Shown here in pieces: positions 1 to 9,645 of a stretch of 64,000 nt of DNA. How positions within the stretch are numbered: the first letter of the stretch is position 1; every line of letters starts with the position of its first letter. The notes under the pieces were generated by a model, which was given only the letters and a program-made list of their open reading frames with translations, was not told the DNA's origin and made no database searches. A program made the position numbers and the translations under genes. The DNA is from Kiritimatiellota bacterium (GTDB lineage: Bacteria > Verrucomicrobiota > Kiritimatiellia > JAAZAB01). The stretch covers positions 15,197-79,196 of the forward strand of contig JAPLSY010000032.1 in assembly GCA_026398415.1 (NCBI GenBank), in the 5' to 3' direction.

Positions 1-1
1 T

Positions 2-2134
2 GCGCGCTATTTTGCGACCAGACTAATCGGGGGTTTTATTGCCGGTTTTGGAAATGACATCGTGCAGACAAAGCCGATCCAAGATTACTGCCGATGCAGC
101 GACAGTAAAGTTGCCGTGTTGTGTCGGAGAGGAAAGAAAACCGCTTTTCTATTTCCTCGGAATCTTACCAATCAGGATCGAAAAGTTAGCCTGGCGCTGA
201 CCTGCCCCGGCGAGACCAGCCACATCCGCATTCCTTATCGAGGCCATTTCCTGCAACATGCCTACTCAATGTCAATAATTCCCGTCAAGATAAGATTAGG
301 CAGTCATCTGATCTACTACACCACTTCCCAGGTGTTTACTGTCATCCGTAATCCGGGAGAGAATATTCTGATATTGCATGAACGCAACGGTTTTCAGGGC
401 GAAGTTATGCTTGATACAGCCGGAACGGCCGAAGGCAATGTCCGGTGTGAACGGACACCCCAGCACCGATTGCGCTTGAACTATCGCCACGGGGAAAGGC
501 TGCGCCATGTAACGATAACAGGCAAAGACAAGCTCACCATTTTGATAATCAACACCTCAAAAGCAGAACGCACCTGGATAGCGTCCCATGCCGGCATAAA
601 TATCCCGATTATCTCTAATGTCTATTTTCTGCGCGGATGGACTGAAACCGAGCGAAGCCTTACCCTGCAGATGGAAATAAAACCGGAAGAAAACACCATC
701 ATCGAATGTCCGTTGCGATCCAAGCCCAAAAAAATAGTCGTCGATGATCTGGATTGCGTTTCCAGTTACGATACCCGCTCGCAAATATTGAAACTTAAGA
801 TTGAAGCCTCGTCGGGACAAGTTCCTAAAATTGATCTTTCCGGGATATGGAAAATTAAGGCCGGGACGCCAGAGATTGCCCCCGACTATGACGACAGCGC
901 GTGGACTGACTTTAAACCATGGCAATCCGCCGAGGCTCATGGCGCGTTGACAAACGGGCACCTGTGGTATCGAACACAATTTGATCTGACCAATATCCCG
1001 GACAACCTTTATCTTGCCATGACTGGGTTCTATGACGAAGCCACGATATACATCAACGGGATATCGGCTGGTTGTGCCAATGGCACTTTTAACAAAGACA
1101 TCGCTTCTTATGTCAGGCCCGGCCGGAATTCGCTCGTTGCCTGCCTGGAGTGTATGGGGCACCACCATTCGGGCTTCAGAATCCCTAATGGCATCGTTTC
1201 GCCCGTGTATCTGACTCGGACGAAGCGAGTGCTGGCTATTGAGCAATGGAAAAGATCCTTTGCCTCCCGGCCGTTGGCCGAACAGGATCTTTGCAAATGC
1301 CATCCGGAAGTGAGCGTCGCGTATAATGACCGGAACTGGGAGCAGGTTGCCGTGAATGAGAAATGCGACGACCGGATTACGACGAACCGTACCGAGAAAA
1401 ATCTTATCTGGTATAGAACCGAGCTTAAAATACCGGCGAATTTCATCGGGAAATACATATGCCTGGAAATTGGCCAGGCGCTCAGCGAGGCCTTTGTTTT
1501 TGTAAACAACAAATTTGCCGGAAGACGCTACGGAAAAGATTTTCTGGGCATGGGCGCCTATGACATAAATTCCTTTGCCGTAGATATAACGCCATTTGTA
1601 AAACATAGCGGGCCCAATACAATTGCGATCGCCGTGCTGGGCAAGGATATTTTCAACACCAAACTAGGATTGCATCAATACGTGCGGCTGGCGGCATATG
1701 ACAGAATATTAAACAAGGGCTGGAAGATAAGAGAAGGATTGTATGACAAAAAAGCCGAATGGCATTTGCCAAGTTACGATGATTCCAAGTGGAACACCGT
1801 GAAGGTTCCTCAGAAAAAGCCATTGAAGATACCCGGTTGGGTATGGTATCGCAAAAAAATTACCTTCGTTGCGGACAATAAATTTATCGCTCCCTGGCGG
1901 GTCACGATTCGAAACACTGCGGCCAAAGCACTGGTCTATTTCAACGGTCGCTTGATTGGACGCTATTCAAACATCGGCCCACAAGAACATTTTTATATCC
2001 CCGAAGAGTTATTACAAAAAAACAATGTCTTGGCAATTGCATTGGATCCAAGGGAACAAGCAGCAATTCTGGGCGAAATCCATATTTCCCCTTATTATGT
2101 AACCCGGAAGCTGAATATAGGATTTCATTTCTGA
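2..2134 (+). CDS. Beta-galactosidase (GH35-like), C-terminal part; 5' truncated by window edge
   Basis: Frame is open from position 2. Repeated galactose-binding jelly-roll motifs (WYRTQF...DEATIYING; WYRKKI...ALVYFNGRLIGRY...PQEHFYIPEELL) are typical of GH35 C-terminal domains. The catalytic barrel is not in the window. Confidence 0.7.
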   Translation, partial: ARYFATRLIGGFIAGFGNDIVQTKPIQDYCRCSDSKVAVLCRRGKKTAFLFPRNLTNQDRKVSLALTCPGETSHIRIPYRGHFLQHAYSMSIIPVKIRLGSHLIYYTTSQVFTVIRNPGENILILHERNGFQGEVMLDTAGTAEGNVRCERTPQHRLRLNYRHGERLRHVTITGKDKLTILIINTSKAERTWIASHAGINIPIISNVYFLRGWTETERSLTLQMEIKPEENTIIECPLRSKPKKIVVDDLDCVSSYDTRSQILKLKIEASSGQVPKIDLSGIWKIKAGTPEIAPDYDDSAWTDFKPWQSAEAHGALTNGHLWYRTQFDLTNIPDNLYLAMTGFYDEATIYINGISAGCANGTFNKDIASYVRPGRNSLVACLECMGHHHSGFRIPNGIVSPVYLTRTKRVLAIEQWKRSFASRPLAEQDLCKCHPEVSVAYNDRNWEQVAVNEKCDDRITTNRTEKNLIWYRTELKIPANFIGKYICLEIGQALSEAFVFVNNKFAGRRYGKDFLGMGAYDINSFAVDITPFVKHSGPNTIAIAVLGKDIFNTKLGLHQYVRLAAYDRILNKGWKIREGLYDKKAEWHLPSYDDSKWNTVKVPQKKPLKIPGWVWYRKKITFVADNKFIAPWRVTIRNTAAKALVYFNGRLIGRYSNIGPQEHFYIPEELLQKNNVLAIALDPREQAAILGEIHISPYYVTRKLNIGFHF

Positions 2135-2195
2135 AATATGGCATAAAACACCTGTAAAGAACTATAGCCTTGTTAACATCGAAAGGGATAATTTC

Positions 2196-3260
2196 ATGAA
2201 TTCACGGGAAAGAGTAATTACGGCGATGAAAAGAAAAGTTCCGGACAGGGTGCCGTTTTGCGTTTCAGGATTCGCGGGCAGGGCCTATGAGACATTCAAG
2301 CAAAATTCCGGATCGGATGATCCCGTGGATTATTTCGGTTCAGATGTAAGAAGCGTAGGTTTCCGGAACCCGGATGTTCTACCGGATTACAGTAAATACC
2401 ATGTTAACGAAAAATTCCCGGAAGGAACCAGCTTCGACAGTCATGGCGTCGCGTATACACCGGGTTCCGTCGAACATTTTACGCACATAGTTTCGCCGCT
2501 GCGCAATTCCAATGAACTTAAGGAACTGATGGATTACCCGCTCCCGGATTTTACCGGACCGGAATGTTTCGGGCATCTTAAGGAAGAGGTTGAAAAACAT
2601 CACAAGAACGGGTTCGCGGTATCCGGAGGGATGGAGTGCACGCTGTTCGAATGGGCGTGGCAGATAAGGGGCATGGAAGAATTCCTTGCCGATCTTTGCA
2701 CGCGGCCCGAATGGGCGGAAGTACTTGTAGATAAATGGTTTAAGGCAAGGCTTTTTATGATCGAAAAAATTGCGGCTGCGGGCGCGGATATTATAAGAAC
2801 CGGCGATGACGTCGGCATGCAGACGGGAATGATGATCAGCCCTGGAATCTGGCGCAAGATCTTCAAGCCCCGCATGGCAAAGCTGGTAAGCAAGGCAAAA
2901 AGCATTAACAAGGATATCCTGATATTTTATCACTCTGACGGGAATATTGAAAAAATAATTCCGGACCTAATTGAGATCGGAATCGATATTTTAAATCCCG
3001 TCCAGCCGGAATGTCTCGATCCGGTAAAGATGAAAAAGCTTTATGGGGACAAGCTATCTTTCTGGGGGACTATCGGGACCCAGTCCACGATGCCTTTTGG
3101 AACCGTTACAGATGTGAGGAACACCGTGAAAGCAAGGATCAAGACTTGCGGTCAAAACGGCGGGCTTCTCCTGGCCCCGACGCATGTGCTTGAACCTGAA
3201 GTCCCGTGGGAGAATATCGTGGCCTTTGTCGAAGCGGTCAAAGAATATGGGAAATACTAA
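2196..3260 (+). CDS. Uroporphyrinogen decarboxylase (URO-D/MtaA-like) family protein
   Basis: N-terminal MNSRERV...PDRVP, GDDVGMQ, YHSDGNI, LNPVQPE, FWGTIGTQ and LAPTHVLEPEVPWEN motifs. Confidence 0.88.
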   Translation: MNSRERVITAMKRKVPDRVPFCVSGFAGRAYETFKQNSGSDDPVDYFGSDVRSVGFRNPDVLPDYSKYHVNEKFPEGTSFDSHGVAYTPGSVEHFTHIVSPLRNSNELKELMDYPLPDFTGPECFGHLKEEVEKHHKNGFAVSGGMECTLFEWAWQIRGMEEFLADLCTRPEWAEVLVDKWFKARLFMIEKIAAAGADIIRTGDDVGMQTGMMISPGIWRKIFKPRMAKLVSKAKSINKDILIFYHSDGNIEKIIPDLIEIGIDILNPVQPECLDPVKMKKLYGDKLSFWGTIGTQSTMPFGTVTDVRNTVKARIKTCGQNGGLLLAPTHVLEPEVPWENIVAFVEAVKEYGKY

Positions 3261-3269
3261 GGTGGCAAG

Positions 3270-4301
3270 ATGATGAACTCCGTTGAACGCGTTAAGAAGG
3301 TCGTTCATTTTCAGAAGCCGGATAAAATCCCAATCCGGAATCTAAGTATGCGCGCGGCTTTATACGAGCACGGCCGGAAACTCGTAGACCTTTACAAGGA
3401 ATATAAAGGCGATTTTGGCGATCCTGCTCCGGCTGAAATACCAAAACCCGAGCCGCAGAATATTTTGCCTGACGGAAGCTTTCACAGGATAGAAAAAGAC
3501 GCCTGGGGCGTGGAATGGGAATTCGTAAAGTTTGGGATAGCCGGGCATCCGCTTAGCAGGCCTTTGGATAACATGGAAAATTTAAGAACATACAAGACGC
3601 CGGAGATACCCAAGTTAAGCGGCAAAGAATTTGAGGAAAAAAAAGCTGCCGTAAAAAAACGCCGGGAAACCGCTTACGGCCTCGCCGGCTGGATTAATAT
3701 TTTTGAAATCATGCATGCGGTCAGGAATTTTGAAGACGTATTAATGGATATTGCAGATAATACCGAAGAAATAAACCGTCTTGCCGATATGATCGTCGAA
3801 TATCAAGCGGGCGTTGTAAAACACCTTGTTGCACTTGGCGTCAACGGCATCATGATGGCGGATGACTGGGGCAGCCAGAATTCCCTGCTGATCAAAAGGG
3901 AAACATGGCGCGCGTTTTTCAAGCCAAGGTACGCAAAACTGGCTAAACCCATTAAAGACGCCGGTATCGATGTTTTTTTTCATTCCTGTGGGCATATACT
4001 CCCGCTCTTTAACGATTTTGCGGATTTAGGCGTAAATGTTATCTGGCCGCAATTTGCCTCAAATGATCCGGAACTACTCGCAAAAAAAGCTATAGAGCGG
4101 AAAATGTGCGTGGAACTCCACATGGACCGCCAAAAATTGATGACTTTTGGCACACCCGATGAGATTGACGCAGCCGTGAAAAAGGCCCGCGGGATTTTCG
4201 GGAACAAAGACGGCGGAGTGATCTATCACGCTGAGATCGACAACGGCTTTCCTTTTGAGAATATAAAAGCCCTTTTAAAAGCGTTCAGGAAATATGGATG
4301 A
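3270..4301 (+). CDS. URO-D family protein
   Basis: MNSVERV...PDKIP, DAWGVEW, ADDWGSQ, FFHSCG and PFENIKA motifs. Confidence 0.85.
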   Translation: MMNSVERVKKVVHFQKPDKIPIRNLSMRAALYEHGRKLVDLYKEYKGDFGDPAPAEIPKPEPQNILPDGSFHRIEKDAWGVEWEFVKFGIAGHPLSRPLDNMENLRTYKTPEIPKLSGKEFEEKKAAVKKRRETAYGLAGWINIFEIMHAVRNFEDVLMDIADNTEEINRLADMIVEYQAGVVKHLVALGVNGIMMADDWGSQNSLLIKRETWRAFFKPRYAKLAKPIKDAGIDVFFHSCGHILPLFNDFADLGVNVIWPQFASNDPELLAKKAIERKMCVELHMDRQKLMTFGTPDEIDAAVKKARGIFGNKDGGVIYHAEIDNGFPFENIKALLKAFRKYG

Positions 4302-4379
4302 GTGAGGGTAAGAAGATGAACCCAAGTGCACGCGTTAAAAAAGCGATTTTTGAAAAACCGCGATAGAAAGGGATAAATT

Positions 4380-5411
4380 ATGTTAGCGGCAGTGTTACAT
4401 AATATTAACGATCTGAGACTGGAAGACGTAGCCATGCCGGAGCCGGAACCAGGCGAAGTGGTTGTAAAAATAAAAGCCTGCGGGTTCTGCGCCACCGATT
4501 ACAAGGCCATCAAGGGCATACGTAAAAACGTAAAATTCCCATGTATCGTGGGGCATGAGCCGGCCGGAGTTATAAGCGCGGTCGGCAAGTTCGTTAAACA
4601 CATCAAGGAAGGCGACGAAGTGGTGGTCATGCCGTCAGGCTATTGCGGTTACTGCAAATATTGCCGCAAAGGAAAAACGCATTATTGTGAACATGCCTAT
4701 ACGACTGGAGGCGACGGCCCGGAAGATGTCCGTCCGGGGGCGTTTGCCGAATATATGAAGACCGCCGCATCAAGTATCTTCCCAAAACCGGCAAATGTTT
4801 CATTTGAAGCCGCGGCGATTACCGAGCCGTTATCCGGCGCATGGAAGGGGGTCATTCAATACAGTGAAATGGAGATCGGTGACGATGTGGTGATTATCGG
4901 CGTCGGAAGCATCGGCTTGCTGTGCATGATGGTGGCCAAAGCAGCGGGGGCCGGACGGCTGATTGCCATTGATGCCAGCGATTATGCGCTTGGAAACGCG
5001 AAAAAACTGGGGGCCACCCATGTGGTGAATCCGAAAAAGGAAGACCCTAAAAAGCGTGTTTATGAAATTATTCCGGATGGGCCGGACTTGATCGTGGAGG
5101 CCGCGGGCCCCGTCGCTGCGGTAAAACTGATGGTGGATCTCAGGCGCCGCGGCACACGGTGGAATGTCTTCGGCATCACCACCCACGAAAAATTCGAATT
5201 GGACGGGGGCTTGACTCATTTTATGGAAGGCCGCATGGATGCCAGTTTCGGCACCACCCCGTTGGCCATGTCAAAGGCTTTGCGCCTGATGGAAACCGGA
5301 TTGGTAAACCCGGAAAAAGTTATTTCACACCGGATCGCTCTCAAGGACATTCACAAGGCGGTCGAGATTATGGGAACTCCGGAACGCAATAAAATAGTGA
5401 TTCTACCATGA
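4380..5411 (+). CDS. Zn-dependent medium-chain alcohol/polyol dehydrogenase
   Basis: CGFCATD, GHE, structural Zn lobe C-x2-C-x2-C-x7-C, Rossmann GVGSIG. Confidence 0.92.
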   Translation: MLAAVLHNINDLRLEDVAMPEPEPGEVVVKIKACGFCATDYKAIKGIRKNVKFPCIVGHEPAGVISAVGKFVKHIKEGDEVVVMPSGYCGYCKYCRKGKTHYCEHAYTTGGDGPEDVRPGAFAEYMKTAASSIFPKPANVSFEAAAITEPLSGAWKGVIQYSEMEIGDDVVIIGVGSIGLLCMMVAKAAGAGRLIAIDASDYALGNAKKLGATHVVNPKKEDPKKRVYEIIPDGPDLIVEAAGPVAAVKLMVDLRRRGTRWNVFGITTHEKFELDGGLTHFMEGRMDASFGTTPLAMSKALRLMETGLVNPEKVISHRIALKDIHKAVEIMGTPERNKIVILP

Positions 5412-6382
5412 AAGCCATTATCGTTACCGCTCCCCATAGATTGGAATTCAAAGACCTGCCCATGCCCGCGCCGGCGCCGGGGCAGGTCAGGATCAGGACG
5501 ACGGCCTGTGGCATTTGTGCCACGGATTTTGAAATGATCGCCGGCTGGGAAAGAACTTCCTTCCCCGGCATTCCCGGCCATGAATGGTCCGGGATCGTGG
5601 ACGCCGTGGGCGATGCCGGCGATAAAACCATTATTGGACGCCGTTGCGTTGCTGAAAATGTTCTACGGGACGGCGGCGAAGTGGGCTTTGAACATCCGGG
5701 CGGATATGCCGAATATTTTATCACGGAAACGGACAAGCTTCATTTTCTGCCGGACGATTTTCCGATGGTTGTTGCCGCACTGATCGAGCCGCTGGCCGTG
5801 GCTACCCGGGCATTGCGCCGTCTGCACATAGAGAATAAAAGCTCGGCTTTAATTGTGGGCGATGGCCCGATCGGTTTGCTGATGACAATGTTACTAAAGC
5901 GGGCAGGTGTCGGCAACATTACGCTCATCGGAGGAAGGGAAAACCGGCTGGCTTTGGCGAAAGAACTTGGCGCTGAACGGGTGCTTAACTATCATCATTT
6001 CGGCGAACGCGGAATGGAATCGGCCCGTGCAGTCCTGAATTGTTCGTTTCCCAATGTCATCGAAGCCAGCGGCGCCGCAGCGGCCATAAAGACGACGGTT
6101 AAACTTGCCTCCAAACAGGGCAAGGTCCTGATTATCGGCGATTATAAACAGGCTGAGGCCGACTTTCCCTGGAATCATCTGCTCCATAATGAGCTTGAAC
6201 TAATCGGCAGCAATGCCAGCGCCCAGGCCTGGCCCGAAGCCGTTCAGACGGCAATTGCCGTCCAGCAAAGTTTATCGAAATTGATCAGCGCGGAATATCC
6301 GGCCGGACAATTTGCCGCTGCTTTGGACGCCGTAAAACATAACCGCGATACTATCAAGGTCGTATTACGCTGGGATACATAA
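5408..6382 (+). CDS. Zn-dependent alcohol dehydrogenase family protein lacking the structural-Zn lobe
   Basis: CGICATD, GHE, EPLA, GDGPIG; 4-Cys lobe absent; ATGA overlap with the upstream gene. Confidence 0.88.
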   Translation: MKAIIVTAPHRLEFKDLPMPAPAPGQVRIRTTACGICATDFEMIAGWERTSFPGIPGHEWSGIVDAVGDAGDKTIIGRRCVAENVLRDGGEVGFEHPGGYAEYFITETDKLHFLPDDFPMVVAALIEPLAVATRALRRLHIENKSSALIVGDGPIGLLMTMLLKRAGVGNITLIGGRENRLALAKELGAERVLNYHHFGERGMESARAVLNCSFPNVIEASGAAAAIKTTVKLASKQGKVLIIGDYKQAEADFPWNHLLHNELELIGSNASAQAWPEAVQTAIAVQQSLSKLISAEYPAGQFAAALDAVKHNRDTIKVVLRWDT

Positions 6383-6384
6383 AA

Positions 6385-7203
6385 ATGAAAACAGGCCAGG
6401 AACTTGTCAGGGACGTTAATGAATGCACGTTGCAAGAAGGCGAATGCGCCCTTTGGTGGCTGGGACAGCACAGTTTCATTGTCAAACTGGGGAGCAAGGT
6501 TTTATATTTCGATCCGTTTCTGTCCCCCCATAAAAAGAGGAGAATTCAGCCGCTTATCGCCCCGGCGGATGTGACTAACGCCGATTTAATCCTTGGCAGC
6601 CATGATCATACGGATCATATTGACCGCCGGATTTGGCCGATTTTGGCTAAGTCGTCGCCGAAAGCAAAATTTGTGGTGCCGGCTTTGCTGTTATCTTCCC
6701 TGGCCCGCGATTTAAAAATTCCCGTAAACCGGTTTGTCGGGTTAGATGACAACAGAAGTACGCGCATAGGCGGCATTAAAATATCCGGCGTTGCCGCCGC
6801 GCATGAATTCCTGGACCGCGACCCGGTCACGGGACGTTATCCATACCTTGGCTATATTGTTGAGGCGCATGGCGTTGCCGTTTATCATGCGGGCGACACT
6901 TGCATTTATGAAGGATTGCAGACCAGGCTGCGCCGCTGGCGCTTGGATATCGCGTTTTTACCGATCAACGGCCGCGATGCCCGGCGGCTGGCGTCCAACT
7001 GTATTGGGAATATGACTTATCAGGAAGCGGCCGATCTGGCCGGGGCGCTTGCGCCCCGGCTGACGATTCCGGCCCATTTTGACATGTTCCCCGGTAATCG
7101 CTGTTCTCCAAAATTATTCATGGACTATATGCGCGTCAAATATCCCGGTTTGAAAACTACAGTCTGCAAATACGGGCAGCGGTTGATTGTCAAACGCCGT
7201 TGA
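6385..7203 (+). CDS. Metallo-beta-lactamase-fold hydrolase, UlaG-like (sugar-phosphate lactonase family)
   Basis: WWLGQHSF, SHDHTDH, YHAGDT, LPING...GNM, IPAHFDMF. Confidence 0.85.
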   Translation: MKTGQELVRDVNECTLQEGECALWWLGQHSFIVKLGSKVLYFDPFLSPHKKRRIQPLIAPADVTNADLILGSHDHTDHIDRRIWPILAKSSPKAKFVVPALLLSSLARDLKIPVNRFVGLDDNRSTRIGGIKISGVAAAHEFLDRDPVTGRYPYLGYIVEAHGVAVYHAGDTCIYEGLQTRLRRWRLDIAFLPINGRDARRLASNCIGNMTYQEAADLAGALAPRLTIPAHFDMFPGNRCSPKLFMDYMRVKYPGLKTTVCKYGQRLIVKRR

Positions 7204-7245
7204 TGCCATGCCCATACAAGTGTCGCCTTTAAAGGGAAATGCAAA

Positions 7246-8622
7246 ATGAATTTTATCGGCATTGATATCGGAACAAGTTCAATTTGCGGGGTCGTGCTTG
7301 ACGCGCGCAGAGGAAAACTGCTTGCATCATTAACCTTGCCAAATAACGCCTGGCTGCCGGCAAGGCATCCGTGGGAGCGCATGCAGAACCCTGCCGGCAT
7401 CGTCGCGACCGCGCTTAAAATAGTAGACTCGTTATCGGGGCAGGTCGGCAATGCGGCCGGCATCGGCGTTACCGGCCAGATGCACGGCATTCTTTATGTC
7501 GACGCCCATGGCCGAAGTGTAAGCCCTCTTTTCACGTGGCAGGACGAACGCGGGGGCCAGGTCGTCAAAAAAAGCATGACCTACGCGGATGTTCTCGCGC
7601 GTCTAACCGGCTACACGCTTGCGCCGGGTTTCGGCTTGGTTACCCATTTTTATAATCTCAAAAATGGACGCGTGCCGCGGGCCACCGCATCCCTGTGCAC
7701 GATTGCCGACTATGTCGGCATGCGCCTGGCGCATCAACGCCATCCATCTATTGACCCGACCAATGCGGCCAGCCTGGGAATATTCGATCTCCGGAATCTG
7801 TGTTTTGATGCAAACATGATCGGATCGGCGCGGTTGCGGACCGGCCTTCTGCCCCGGCTGGTGCCGACCGGAACAAAAATCGGAGCGACGCCGGCAGGGA
7901 TTCCCGTCTATGCTGCGCCGGGCGACAATCAGGCCAGTATGCTCGGTTCGGTACGTGATGTTAAAAGATCGCTTGTTGTCAATATTGGCACCGGCGGGCA
8001 GATTTCCGCGTGGATGCCATCCTATCAACGCATCCACGGACTCGATCTGCGTCCTTTTCCCGGCGGCGGATACATTGCCGTAGGCGCTGCGTTGTGCGGC
8101 GGCAAGGCTTATGCCTTGCTGGAGCGCTTTTTCAGGGAGGTGTGCCTCCGGTTTACCGGCGCCGCGCCAAAAGATTTGTATGCGATTATGAACAAACTGG
8201 ATGCCGCTGCGGCAGAGCCGCTCAGTATCGATACGCGTTTTTCCGGAACCCGGCGGGATCCTTCAATCCGGGGGACGATTGCCGGAATTTCAATGAGCAA
8301 TTTCACGCCCGGTCGTCTGGTAGATGGATTTCTCCGGGGGATGGTGGAAGAACTGAACGCGTTTTATCGTTTAATGCCGCCAAAGACCCGCCGGCAAATG
8401 CGTGTCCTCGTCGGCTCGGGTAATGGCCTGCGCTTGAACCGCCGCCTGTGCACCGTGGTGGAGCAGGTTTTCGGTATGCGCGTGAACATTCCTGCCCACT
8501 GCGAGGAGGCGGCGACCGGCGCCGCGCTGACGGCCGCCGTAGGCGCCGGTTGTTTCCGAAACTATTCTGAGGCCGGAAAAATAATCAAACATCGCAAGAG
8601 TCAAAATTTTCCGGCCATTTAA
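7246..8622 (+). CDS. FGGY carbohydrate kinase, sedoheptulokinase-like
   Basis: GIDIGTSS, TGQMHG, TWQD, GDNQAS, NIGTGGQ, SGNG. Confidence 0.85.
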   Translation: MNFIGIDIGTSSICGVVLDARRGKLLASLTLPNNAWLPARHPWERMQNPAGIVATALKIVDSLSGQVGNAAGIGVTGQMHGILYVDAHGRSVSPLFTWQDERGGQVVKKSMTYADVLARLTGYTLAPGFGLVTHFYNLKNGRVPRATASLCTIADYVGMRLAHQRHPSIDPTNAASLGIFDLRNLCFDANMIGSARLRTGLLPRLVPTGTKIGATPAGIPVYAAPGDNQASMLGSVRDVKRSLVVNIGTGGQISAWMPSYQRIHGLDLRPFPGGGYIAVGAALCGGKAYALLERFFREVCLRFTGAAPKDLYAIMNKLDAAAAEPLSIDTRFSGTRRDPSIRGTIAGISMSNFTPGRLVDGFLRGMVEELNAFYRLMPPKTRRQMRVLVGSGNGLRLNRRLCTVVEQVFGMRVNIPAHCEEAATGAALTAAVGAGCFRNYSEAGKIIKHRKSQNFPAI

Positions 8623-8674
8623 CAGCGAGTAACCGTGTAATTTTTTTCGGCAAGAGCATAAAAGGCAACCGAAT

Positions 8675-9562
8675 ATGGAAATGAACGATCACCGCGAACT
8701 GTTAGCCCTATTCCCTCCGATCAACATTTTTCCCGACGCCAAAATCTGGGTGGGAGACGTTGGATTTCAACGGCTTGACGAGCGTTCGCGCACCGTAATG
8801 CACATGCACACGTCGCCGGATATATTTTATGTATATCAGGGTAAAATGACGTTACGGGTTTATGGACGGCGTTTTGTCGTGGAGGCGGGCAATATGATTC
8901 TCTTGCCCGCTGGCGTTTTTCATTCGTTTGAATGCCGGAAGCCGGCGGAATATTATTATATCAATTATATTGCGCGAATTGATAAAACCCTGAACAAATC
9001 CGATTCGAAGTCTTGTGCGCGTTGGATGCTGTCGCCGCGGGTTATGATAGGACAAAATTCCAAAAATTTGCGGCCGTTATTTGAGGCAATATTGGAGAAG
9101 GAATTCCAGGACAAAAAGGCGGTGATGAAAACCCGGTTAAACAAGTTGATCAAATTGATGGTGCGAGGATTTAAGGACAGCATTGAATTATCAAGGGGGG
9201 GGAAAGCCGAAAAAGCGGACGCGACAGCATATGACCGTCGCATTGCGGAGTGCATCAGGTATATGCGCCGGAAAGACTTGGGACATTTTGATTTAGCCAA
9301 ACTATGCTGGGATAACCTGGGAATGAGCCAAAGGAATTTTTCCCGCATTTTTAAACGCGCTATCGGATGTTCGCCGCGGAAATACATTTTACAGCTAAAA
9401 ATGGAAAAAGCCCGGGCCATGTTGAATAAAAAGATTCCGGCCAAGATCGCGGCCGAAAAGCTTGGATACGAAGACATTCATTCCTTTTACCGTGCGTTTC
9501 ACAAGGCCACCGGACACGGCGTACTCGCCTGCCGCAGATCGCGATCTTCGCTCTCCGGATAA
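8675..9562 (+). CDS. AraC family transcriptional regulator
   Basis: N-terminal cupin (HMHT...H) and C-terminal double HTH (FSRIFKRAIG..P; LGYEDIHSFYRAFHKATG). Confidence 0.9.
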   Translation: MEMNDHRELLALFPPINIFPDAKIWVGDVGFQRLDERSRTVMHMHTSPDIFYVYQGKMTLRVYGRRFVVEAGNMILLPAGVFHSFECRKPAEYYYINYIARIDKTLNKSDSKSCARWMLSPRVMIGQNSKNLRPLFEAILEKEFQDKKAVMKTRLNKLIKLMVRGFKDSIELSRGGKAEKADATAYDRRIAECIRYMRRKDLGHFDLAKLCWDNLGMSQRNFSRIFKRAIGCSPRKYILQLKMEKARAMLNKKIPAKIAAEKLGYEDIHSFYRAFHKATGHGVLACRRSRSSLSG

Positions 9563-9563
9563 C

Positions 9564-9592
9564 TTGGCCGAATGTGTTACAATTTTGGCCGA
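9564..9592 (+). promoter_or_regulatory. Putative AraC operator: direct repeat TTGGCCGA x2 at 21-bp spacing
   Basis: TTGGCCGA at 9564-9571 and 9585-9592, immediately after the AraC stop and upstream of the 9646 gene. Confidence 0.5.
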
Positions 9593-9645
9593 TCAGGCTA
9601 TTGGTGTTTTTGTGCGCTTGTGAATAATGGCCGGCAGTTGACCAA

